DNA of 64,000 bases from NCBI GenBank assembly GCA_964035545.1, contig OZ037765.1:12968698-13032697 (forward strand), given 5' to 3'. The notes under the pieces were generated by a model, which saw nothing but the letters and a program-made list of their open reading frames with translations, ran no database searches and was not told the DNA's origin. Origin of the DNA: Bugula neritina (lineage: Eukaryota; Animalia; Bryozoa). Of this stretch, positions 50,216 to 64,000 are shown piece after piece. Within the stretch, counting starts at the first letter, position 1. Every line of letters begins with the position of its first letter. The translations under genes and the position numbers were made by a program.

Positions 50216-53200
50216 ATGGCAGAGAGCTCTTCAGATTCAGAACCTGAAGATTACATATTGTACAGAGACAGAGATGAGTGGAATGATGTTGTTCCTGTGG
50301 AGCAAGATGACGGGCCATCATCAATTGTGTCTATAGCATACAGCGAACAATGTAATCTTTTATTAATTCTTACTTATTTTAGTATTTAGTTCTTCATTTG
50401 TGCTGTTATTGACCTTAATTATCTGCACTAGTAGTTCTCTAATAGAGATGTTTTGTTATGTTTTATGTTTTCAGGTTAATAGCTTATTGGCAAAAGACTA
50501 AAAATAGTTGGCTAAAATTAGTAAACGATTGATCTGATTAGCACATTATATTAGCCTGCTACAAGTTTTTGGTATTTTGGCTTTTCAAATATAAAAAATG
50601 TATTTTTAGAATTTATAGAAATAATTCTGATTTGTATCTGAAGTTCAATGGTTCATTATTGCTTTAATAGAAAACGTGTTTGAGGCATCTATTTGCTATT
50701 TTTATTTATTATTCATCATTACAAATAAATTTACTGATTTGTAATTATTAATGTCAATGCATTTAAACTTACATCAAAGACTTGAAGTCTGTTTAATTAA
50801 TTGGTTGATATGAGTTTTACAGTCAAGGCTTGATTTAACTTGACAAGCTGTTAATTTAGTTCAACAAAAAAGAGTATGTTATTTGGCCTTATGTTGTTAA
50901 TGTTAAAATTTTCCATATTTTTGTTGTAAGAATTAATTGTAAGAACTTGTGTGCATATGCTTGCATTACAGTCATGCCGCTTACTTACTTAACCAATAAC
51001 TGAGTGAAAGCTATGTTGTTAAATTGAATAATCTACTTGTAGTAAGTTGAAATGTGTGAAACATACATTAGGCACTTACAAGTCACTCGGAATTATTTAA
51101 AACTTTGACTATCAACACCCAAACCCCAGAAAAGTAAATCAAGATTACCTGAAGATTCTGTTAATCTTTTATTTCATTTCATCACATGTTTATGTTTTTT
51201 ACAGTTAAAGATGTATACGATTACTTTCGGGCAATTCTTCGGACTGGTGAAAAGTCAAGAAGAGTATTAGCTCTCACTTTTGATGCCATACGAATGAACC
51301 CTGCCAACTACACAGTGTGGTATTGTTTTATGTTGTACTAAATTTGTAATGTCAGTTATGGAGAAAGGTTTTTGCAGCTGCTGAATACAAAACATACATT
51401 CGAACTCTTCTGATTCTTTTTCTAGTCTGTTAAATGCTCTTTCATTTTATAGGCACTATAGACGTCTGGTCCTGAAAGCACTAGATGCTGATCTAAATGC
51501 GGAACTTGATTACATAACCAAAACTATTAAATCTCATCCAAAGAATTATCAAGTTTGGTAAGTTTAACTATGATTTTTAAATCCATAGGTTAAAAATATT
51601 CCTTGTCATTCATTGAGTTGCGATGTTTTATGTAATGTAAGTGCCGCAGGACTTGGGCATTCATAAATAAGAACCCTCATATTTACCAACATGGTATTTT
51701 TATTTTGAATTTTTGTCAATGTTCTTTCTCTGTTTTAAAATCTATTGGTATATAGAATATATATAATATAAGATGTCTGGTGAGCAATTAATGCTGGCCT
51801 ATTTATGTACACTTTCATATATTATTTTGAGTGATTGAGCAGACTAACAGTGTTTATCACTGTATAGACAATTATAACTTTTAATCTTATTCTAATGGAA
51901 TGCTTGGTCAAAAATATGGTAATACTATTTGAACATAACGTTTTGTTAAATTTTATTTCATATAGGAAAATGCAATGAAAAATAGAAATAAATGAACTGA
52001 GTAGCAGATGAGTCATTTAATATAGTTACCCTACCCTTGTACTAATTATAACAATGTATTAGCATTATATAAGTTTAAACCATCTACCTTTCAGTTTATC
52101 TTTGACACTATTTGTGGTACTATTTTTAAAAAAATTGTTTTTAAGGTTATCTCTTACTTTAATGCATGTTGTGCAGTATGTTTAATAATGTAGGTACCAT
52201 AGACAACTCATAGTCAAATGGCTGGCTGACCCATCTCAAGAGTTGCAGTTCACTGCTTTTATTCTTTCTAAAGATTCTAAAAATTATCATGCATGGCAAC
52301 ACAGGTATGCATTTAGTTACCTGTTTACACATTTTAAAACTTTAAAGAAAACTCAAAACATCTTATATTAGGTGTTGGAGACTGCAAGAGCTGTGCTAAT
52401 CTTATGGTATTGATGAAACATCAGCATAATTGCTTTACATGTTTTCAAGATTTATCCCACTTTTATGCCAATTTGAAGAGTGAGGCTAGACAACTCTTAG
52501 AAATGAACCTTTTTTGAATTTGCAAAACAGTGCTGAGTATTGATATAACTCGTATAACTCTTGTTTTAATTATTGTACAGCTCTCTTCTATTTCTATTTT
52601 TGCAACACACATTTCAGTCTACACTATGAGAAGATAACCCTTAACTTTTCACATTTTCCTCCAAATGTCTAAAATATTGATTATGCAAATTTAAATAGTT
52701 GAATATTTCATTTAAATTCCATTTGAAGATAATAATGAATATATTATTATTGTGCTTCTTGTATGAAATTCATTGAGTGTCCATGCATTTCAGACAGTGG
52801 GTGATACAACACTTCTCACTGTGGGAGGGTGAACTAGCATACGTAGACAAGCTCATTCAAGATGATATACGCAATAACTCTGCCTGGAACCAACGCTACT
52901 TTGTTGTTGCCAATACAACAGATTTTAGCACCGAAGTTATTTCTCAAGAGATCAAGTAAGTTTATTGATATTGTTGGGAAAGTCTTAATTGTCCAACAAT
53001 TTCTACCATCTAATAATAATCTTTGGTATTCTAGTTGTTGAGTAGATTGACATAATACAAGCTAAATATTATGCAGGTTTTTTAGACATTTCATAGGTTT
53101 GAATAAAAATAATTTTAGAATAATAATCATTTGTTTAAAAGGTCAATTTGAAGTGTAGTATAAGTATTTTATTAGTTTAACTTTTAATTTGGTTTTTGCT

Positions 53201-56200
53201 TGTTAAACTATGCACTTAAAATAACTTTAGTACTCCTAGATTTCTTTTTTTTTGAGACCAGTGATCAAACCACTAACTCACTTTGATTAAAGGCTTGGAG
53301 TTTAGCTATTGTAAAGTGTACATGAAAATGCTTAGCGATTGTAATCTGAGGTAAACGCTTTAGATTATTTGATTTTATTATTCGTGAAATCTCTATTATA
53401 TAATATCCCACAGTAATGAGAGAAGACAGGTCTTTTGCTTTGCCTTTCAACCATTCAGATATATAGTAGTGATTAATTAAAATCATTGTTCACACCCTGT
53501 GAATGTGTTACCAATTAATATGCAAACAAGTTGGGGTTTTGCCATTTTCTGACTTCAGCTAATTGATGTCTCAGCAGTTGCTTTAAAAACTGCAGCTGAT
53601 TCTCTGTCATTGCGGTATTTATAGAATAATAACTTTTGTCAGTCTTCATTGTTTTACATAACTGAAAATTGTAACAAATCTGCCAGTTTTTTATTGTGGT
53701 TATACATATTTGTACTAAATTAGCAAATTGCTTAAAAGCTTGAAAAAATTTGATACATTTCTGGTTTAATACTTCATTTTTTGAAGATAGTTGTTCTTTT
53801 CGTTATGTCAACAAAAAATATGTCGAGTTTCAACTAACTGCTCCTTCTTAGTCATACCAAAAGTATGTACGATTGACGGTTCGAATCACAATTCATCATC
53901 TTCACAGAATTGCGTAAAGGTTGTCAATGTCAATATTTGCAACCCTGGCCTAAACATTTTATTAATAGAACTCCGAAAAGGATAGAGTGATCAGCGTATG
54001 TTGTGGCCCAGTGATAGCAATTGTAATGTCACTTGATATGCATAATAGCAAATCATAGCTGTAAGCTGTCACATCTAATTGTCACCTAAAAGAGGCTCTA
54101 AGAGATGTCGAAAACTGAGAGCCAAGTTTTAAGTTAGGGGTTGATATACTCCGAATGGTCTAAATCCTATTTAGGATTATTAACTCACGTTAATTTGTAA
54201 AAAAATTTCGGAAGGAAGCAAGCCTATGTGCTGATCTCCGAATGACCTTATTGTGAAAAAATATCTGCGCATGCATTGACTCTACTCTGTGTTCTAGACT
54301 ACTTTTCCATCTCCTGCATTTGCAGTTAGTTAACGGCAGGTCAAATTGTTTGAATTATTTGGCAAGTGGATAAAATGTCTAGCAAGTTTTGTTATCTATG
54401 ATATTCTCTATTACTAAATACAATTAGTATCAAAACCTCCACCATCCACCCCTGTGCTAATGCCAACATCTGTTGAATCAATTGTAATCTTTTTGTCTGC
54501 AAGTGATTATACTCATTATACTAAAATGTAGAGGCTCTCATTTTAATGTACTTTGTTTGATGTGTTATTTGAGCCTGATGTTCTGATGACGTTAAAGTTT
54601 AATGCAATGTTGTGTGAGGAAGTGACTCACTGATGACTAAATTATCTCCCCGTGTAACAATAAACTAACATTGTTTATAAATAGTCAAGGTTGTAGTTTC
54701 ATACAAAAGTGGAAAAACAGGTCCAAGTTTAAGTTGACTCGATTTGAGTATATTTAGATAAAAAGAATGTAGTTTATGCAAAGCAGCATGTAAGTTTGTT
54801 CTTCTCTACCTTATCTCTTTCAGGTATACCATTGGAGTCATCAGCAAAGCAAAAAACAATGAAAGCCCTTGGAACTACTTGAGAGGGTGAGATTGAGCTA
54901 CAGCAATTTTGCACAGAATAAGTCTCTTGCTCTCAATTCAAGTCTATGTTCCTAAATGAGTTTCATCTTAATATTTTGGTTTTTATGTATTTAATTATAT
55001 TAATTAAAACTCACTGGTATGTGCATGTTATAACCATGTCTAGTACTTCAATTTCACCATCTAGGTGTCAATGTAATGTATGTAAGCTTATTTTAGTAAT
55101 TACAGCACCAATGTACTTCGAGTAAGATACGTTATGATTTAATGAGAATTTTCAATGCTGTATTTACTTCAACACTTTGTTACATTATATAGTTCATTAG
55201 TTGGCATGAGTGCCTCAACATTTTGATATATTGCCAGACATATTTATTTATTAATTATTTTTTTTAAATAATAATTTCTATATACTCATATATATTTTAC
55301 ATTTCTACAATATTTAATGTGTTGATAAGGTAGTAGCAAGGTGGTATTTGTTTTCAGAGTGGTGTCCTTCAATTCATACGCTGACAATCCCAGTGTGCTG
55401 GAGTACTGTAACTCTCTCTATGAAAGCAAATGTCGCTCACCGCACTTGCTGGGCATGCTTGTGGACATCTGTGAGGAATCCCTTAAAATGAATCAATCTT
55501 CCGATCAAATCAATCTAGATAAAGCTCTGAAGGTATTTCATCCATCTTATAGCAAGTTTCTTATAATAAAGTTGCCATAACTCTGAAGTTCCTTACTGAA
55601 TACACAGACACCAGCATTAAGGATATAAACTCAATTATTCTCATACATGATAGATGCATGCTAACCTTTGATGAATAGCAGATGTTACTCTGAACATTTA
55701 CTCTAAGCTTTGTGCTATTCACATGAATTTTTAATTTCAATTTTAGTTTTTGTTTTCATTTTTGTCTATTTCAGTAATAGATTGTTGTTTTTTTATTGCC
55801 AAATATTGGGAGTTTTTATAAGCATCTGCGTAGTGTTTGGTGGCAGTTTTACAATTTCGTCAAAGTACCAGTATATGCGATGATAAACCAATGTTAGTGT
55901 TGCCCCAAATTCTACCTGCATGTTTCGTCTAGCTGCAAATATCCTAATCTATATTGCTTGCGTTGTATGATATACATGCACGTATGCTAAAATAGTGACG
56001 ACTAATATATACATACGTGCACATACACGTATTAATATTATAAATATGTAATTCTATACGTATTCATTTATTTACATTTTCTCATTGTTTAGCAAAATTC
56101 AGTGTTGTATGATCATTTTTGTAGTATTGCGCAGAATTAGCCATGGAGTATGACACTATACGCTGTGCCTACTGGACATTTGTTGGTGATAATTTAGAAG

Positions 56201-56223
56201 CAAAATATAGATCGGCATCATGA
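50216..56223 (+). CDS. FNTA: Protein farnesyltransferase/geranylgeranyltransferase type-I alpha subunit, 8 coding exons
   Basis: Exons: 50216-50351, 51205-51319, 51453-51557, 52194-52304, 52794-52955, 54824-54886, 55358-55532, 56125-56223. Motifs: [36 protein letters not shown] and PPTA repeats [50 protein letters not shown]. Confidence 0.95.
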
Positions 56224-56930
56224 TGAGAACCAATCGATCATTGTGCAGATATTGTTGTTTTTGTAACAAACATTTTTATTTTTTATCTATCTTCAATATC
56301 TAGCTTTAAGCTGACTTGTATTTTTACTGTTATATTGATTTGATAAAAATAGCATTGATTATGTATAGAACATTGTGCATGAATAATAAATAAAAAAATA
56401 TTGTAAATTACATCACCACACATAATATATTAATTTAATTGTAGAATAATTTATTTTTTTGTTATGCTTTTGAAGAAGTTGAATAACTCTATAAAGCTTA
56501 ATTTGCTAATTGCTATTGTTATAAGTGCCATTGCCTATTAGTTACAAAATCATTTTGCTGCGAGGTGGCAAAGGCAGATATATTGCTTTTTCATTATTTA
56601 AGAAAATTCATATAAATTGTTTTCAGCCAAGATTGGTATTAGTGATTTTTCAAACATATACTGTGAAAATTTCTGGTTTATTTTAGCAATTTTTTGCTCA
56701 TGCTTAACGTACAAACGCTTAGGAGTTTCATTCATTAGATAACGATAAGATCGTGTGCTATAGAAGGCTTGAGAGTTATCTATTTTAAGCACAAATCATA
56801 GCCCAAGTGGTGAATAAAGGAAGAAGGGCGGAAAGGAAGACGTAGAGCACACCTAACCTAAACTTATTCTTTTAAAGCCGCATTTAGTGCATACGCAATT
56901 TGTTCTCTAAGGCTCTAAATGTAAAGTGTC

Positions 56931-59900
56931 ATGGCAAAATCGGAGGCCCTTCCTAGGATTTTCCAAGCCATCAATATTTTTAAATCATTTCTGGGTGAAA
57001 CTATTCAGCATGGTTCGTTGATATCAGTTATAGCACCAAGTCATGTGGAGCAGCTTTGTAAAGTTATTTCAACTTTGACTAAAGAAGATGTCAATTTTGA
57101 AGAATCGATAATTTCAAAAAGTAAGACCTAATGAAACTGAAAGTCAAAGTGAAATCCTTAGGCTTATCCTATAACTTATTGTTATAACATATAAGATTAA
57201 GTGATGCCAATGGTATACTAGTGTTGAGTGATATTGATAGTGATAATCGTACGCAATCTCAGTCATAGTGATAGTCACAGTGATATTGATAGTGATACTC
57301 ATACTGATAGTGATAGTAATACATGCTGATGGTGATGATGATGATAGCCTACTGAGTACTGATGGTCATACAATAACAATATGCCATTGACTGTCAGTAT
57401 CACTATGAGTAATACTCAGTTATAATTAATATTATTATACTGTAAGTATAAAAAATTTGATAATTATGGTAATGGTCATAGTGATAATAACAGTAACACA
57501 GTAAATCAAAATGTAATGCTAATACTAGTACTAGTAGTATAAGTATTACTAAATCTAATGCTAAAAGTAAATCTAATGAGTAGTGGATTATCATCATCAT
57601 GTAGCTACTATTACTATTGGTAATGTCTGGTAGTTAAACTTAATGTTATAGACCTAGTTGATGTTATACTTGTTCATTTACTCCTAGTCTCACTTTTACT
57701 TTTAGTCTTAATCAATAATTTTATCGTTCTTATTCTATCCTGTAGGTGTATTAGTTATTGCACTTACCAGTTACTAACTCAGATTTAGGAAATTTTCAAC
57801 AATGCCTACACAATAGGCCCTTGCTACAATAGCAATCACAATGAGAAATTGCACTTAGGGTTACAATTATATAGTGAATCACTGAACGGAATGCTGACAC
57901 TAACGATGATTTTGCTAAATATTCACTGATGCTAACTTAACTTTCATTAGTAATATGTTTACTTTTCAATTTACAATTTTTATTAATTATCAGTTGATAA
58001 TTAAAATCACCATGGTTCAACTTCAATATAATAATAGTATTATAATAATAATGATACCTTATACTTTTATTATTTTAGTGAAGCTGCATGTCATTACAAT
58101 AATTAAACTTAATGATAAACATTATTGCAATGATAGTTATACAATGTACGTGAGTGTGATACCAGTGGTGTGTTGGTAAACCTATATCAACAGGTTCTCT
58201 GGGAGAACAGATTACAGCAGCTGGTCCATAAAGCCGGCTGCCTGGGTGGGTACAGGAGATAGGGGCATAATATCGTCCAGTATTTTTAATTGCAACTCAC
58301 TAGCAAAAGCCACAGCAATAGAAAAATTTGCATTCTGATAGCATTGCATCAGTTCATGCATGCACTGGTACTTGCAAAGTTGTAAAATTGAAAATTGGAA
58401 ACTAAATACAAAACCTATCAATCTCATCAAACAAATTGTTTAAATAACATATGTCTGTGTGAATGTCAATTCAAGTTTCCATGGTCAATCTATTGCCAAC
58501 TTGTTTTTTAGATAACAAAATAAAATAGAAGCCACAAATTGGCAACACTTACATTATAGCCCACTACCTATATATAAAACAGTTCCTAGCATCCAGTCAT
58601 AATTGCTCCTGTGCCTCATTTGAACAAGTCCTTAGCCCGTTCTAACAAAAACTCTTTTCATCAGGGGTTTCTCACAGGGATAGCAACTATAAACTATAAA
58701 CTTAGTCATAATGTGTATTGCAATTGTCTCTATCATAACTGTTGCTGATTTACTCAGCTCTTCAGCTATTATTTAACCGGCATTTGACCAGAATCCTTCA
58801 CTAGATATTTTCAACAACTTTCCCATTATTTGTTATATCACAGCTTTTTCTGGTGTAGTATTTTACCATAGACCTAATTCCAATAGGCTAAGATAGATAG
58901 GTATTTTCTCAAGTTGTGAGCTGATCTTAGTGAGGCTCTCTGTTGAATCAGTGTGTATTTGCTCTCAGCTATTTCAAGTAGCGAAGTCCAACTACAGCGT
59001 TTTATGTAGCTCTAAGAGCTCAATTATGGAAAAGACTTTAGTTGGTGTCTTTCAAAGGTGAACGAGCTCTAGTGCCAGATACTGATATTTTCTTTATCTT
59101 TCTTGAGTCTTTCTTTTTTAATTGGTAGTCACCAGGGACCGCAACATGGAAGATTATTAGTTTTGCATTGCGCTTCTAAATACCACAATACCATGCCTCC
59201 TAGGTTTGATCATTCTGTCGGTGTGTATGTGTAAACCCCCCACCTCCCCCCAAGATATTTATGATGATATTTTCTATTACTAGCCAAACCAATTTTTGCT
59301 TCTCTAGCATCTATGTGTTCCAGGCAACTTCCAATAAGTTATCAAAGTCACATGGCCATGTTTCCTTTTAAATTTTTCTTGTGCTAGCATCTCACATACT
59401 CTGAGTATCTGAATCACAATTTTATCCGTTGCACTTTCTGTTTTCTGGCGCTTACAAACCTACTCTGTTACAATGGTATAGTTCAGCTCTACCGCGTTAT
59501 TGATCTAGTATTTTATCAACCTGCCTCGGTTCCTGAAAGATTTTGAGTACTTTAATGTGCCCAAGGACTCCTAATCTTGGTTGATCTCTAGATAGTCTTT
59601 TGTGCGCATTTAATCTTCTTTCCATCAATTCTTTCTCCATCTCTGAATTTGGTTCTGTTAGAGTTTTCATCATTAATTCAACTTTTGTGTCTTTCTGGAC
59701 ATTAGTTCTAGATGGTAAATCATGGTATGTGTTGTTCTATTTTCTTCATCAGTTGTTCTTTCTGGTTCTTGCAATACTCTTCCATCTTGTTTAAGCTCTT
59801 CATGAATTGCTGGTGTTTCTTTACATTTCTTGCTTGGTTTGCTATCAGTTGTTTGCAGATGTCAAATCTCTCTTTCTTTTTTCAGGCTTCATACATTCTA

Positions 59901-61075
59901 AACCTGTATCTCCCCATTTCAAGTTTACTTTTGACATAACATTTCATGACAGTTCTGTTGTCTTCTCTTGGATATCTTCTTTTATTTATTGTCATTACCA
60001 TCAATATTATTATTGATATTTATTCATATTGCAATAACAATAAGTTGTTTTTAAATTTTGTAAGTTTAAACTATTGTCATCTAGTAGAAAATTTTTAAGT
60101 GCTCTGTTTCGAATTAAAAAATTCCTCAAAATTCCTTTTTTTTCAAGTTATGTTTAGAAATATGTAGGCCTATAGAAATATATGAAAACTAAAAATTTTT
60201 TTACTGCATTGAATTTTTCTGTTGCTGCAGTTACAAGCTGAGCAATTCTACTTAAACAGTAGTAGCACATTTACTGGACTATGTTGTACTATTTTAGTAT
60301 AGTTTATTTCCAATTGTTTTAGTATTCTTTTTTATCACCAAAAAACGCAGTCTAATACTTTTATTTGATTTAAAAAGAATTTCAACTATATTTATCAACT
60401 ATTTACCAGCTATTACTACAAGTTACTCCTTTCTAGAAAGTCACCTCTTACTTATTTTGAGGCATATTTGAAGTTTCAGTCTCAGATTGGTTTGAGCTAG
60501 CTTCATATTTAATAAAGATGTTAATTTAATAAACTTTTGTTATATGCTGTCTATATTGTGTGTAGTTACTTATAAATATATTTGTTGCAGGGGCACCTTC
60601 TACTTACATAAGAATATATGAAGATCGCTATTTGTCAAACTCAATTTTTGCATTGCCTGAAGGAAATTCGTTACCGCTACATGATCACCCTGGAATGTAC
60701 GGCTTTATTAAGTGTATACATGGCTCAATAGCACTTCAAAGTTATTCTGCAGTAAAAGAACACTCTGATGTTTCAAAGATTTCTGGTAGATGCGTAATTA
60801 CTTCTAAAGAACAAGAAGCTGTTTTTACAGAAACTGATAAAAATGTAGCTCTTTTGGAGCCCATAAAAGGCAATATTCATACTATTACTGCTATTGGTGG
60901 ACCAGCAGCTTTCATCGATTTTCTTGCCCCACCTTATGCTTCTGGTGAACATGATTGCCATTACTATGACATAGAAAGTAGTGATATTTGTAAAGGTATA
61001 CATGTACTCAAAGAAATAGACTGCCCTTCATGGTTTTGGACATTACCATCTCCTTATTCTGGACCTGCAGTATGA
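56931..61075 (+). CDS. ADO: 2-aminoethanethiol (cysteamine) dioxygenase, PCO/ADO cupin family, 2 exons
   Basis: Exon 56931-57120 (phase 1, GTAAG donor) joins exon 60591-61075. Motifs: APSTYIRIYED..SIFALPEGNSLPLHDHPGMYGFIK, GNIHTI, GPAAFIDFLAPPY, DCHYY and terminal PYSGP. Confidence 0.9.
57200..58140. repeat. Degenerate (ANT)n array in ADO intron 1
   Basis: Runs of AGTGATATTGATAGTGATAATC, AATGCTAATACTAGTACTAGTAGT and ACTTTTACTTTTAGTCTT. Confidence 0.7.
58588..58703 (+). mobile_element. 5'-truncated copy of the tRNA-derived SINE
   Basis: Near-identical to the reverse complement of ~34308-34417, ending in ACTATAA repeats. Confidence 0.8.
59010..59950 (-). mobile_element. Internally deleted R4-type non-LTR retrotransposon remnant with restriction-like endonuclease domain
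   Basis: Minus strand reads VCEMLAQEKFKRKHGHV..YWKL (CCHC region 'CEKLAQKEYKRRHDNV..HWKL'). It continues with VAVPGDYQLKRKTQEKIK.YQYLALEL, the RLE 'DIAVPGD..EKIEKYQDL' motif. Heavily mutated. Confidence 0.7.
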
Positions 61076-61388
61076 AGTTGTAATAATTAAAACTGCAGCT
61101 TATATAGTCGGTTTTCAAAGTTTTTATTGTAAATTTAATATTACTAAAATTGGTATAATGTAAAAAAAATATATGTATACGATTCTGTCAATGTATCAAA
61201 CATGACTAGGTGGTTTATATTCCCATTTGCTGTAATTACAATTGTGCCAAGTACTAAATTGAGAACCTGCTCATATTTTGTACTTTATAAAGTTTAATAT
61301 ACTACATTTTACATACACATATATACAATGATTTTTAAAACAATTATAATATAACTTAAGTTACCTTACAATAAATAAAGATTTACAA

Positions 61389-63788
<2,400 letters not shown>

Positions 63789-64000
63789 TGTGGTCGGTTA
63801 TTACTTGGAGTTTGTGCAGTTATCCAAAGTTCTTCTGCAGCAGCTATCCATTAGTGATCTTACTTTATAACTGATGAAACAGCAAGCCATCACCAGAAGC
63901 CTCCGACATTCTCAAGAGTAATGAACTGAATTGGTGTTCCCCTTGTATTTATTAACAGTAATATCGTGAAGGGTTTCCTCCACTTCCAGCCAATGAAATT

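Noticed and set aside
54570-54640. TGATGA/CTGA boxes in an FNTA intron (C/D snoRNA)
   Set aside because: The spacing is too short, with no terminal stem or recognisable guide.

Overview
This is AT-rich animal genomic DNA with GT-AG introns. The gene content suggests an invertebrate, probably lophotrochozoan (inference). I reconstructed seven conserved intron-containing genes by eye, with consistent splice phases: ADAL (+), an E78/NR1-type nuclear receptor with a very divergent DNA-binding domain (+), MIER (+), TIMM23 (-), FNTA (+), ADO (+) and EGR (-). There is also a two-exon 148-aa orphan ORF (+). The first ~6.6 kb is a graveyard of transposon remnants (pogo-like, THAP/ISL2EU, RTE, Mutator-like, R4-like, DIRS-like). 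An intact, very recent Ty3/Gypsy LTR retrotransposon (identical 194-bp LTRs, 5-bp TSD) is nested in an older insert upstream of the TIMM23 CDS. Decayed LINEs, hAT elements, MITEs and a tRNA-derived SINE are scattered through the window. Three observations stand out: (1) degenerate (ANT)n triplet/hexamer arrays sitting just downstream of several inferred gene starts; (2) the nuclear receptor's rewritten DNA-recognition helix; (3) the tail-to-tail ADO-EGR pair, which mirrors human ADO-EGR2. No searches could be run. All family calls come from motif recognition, and no new biological system is proven.
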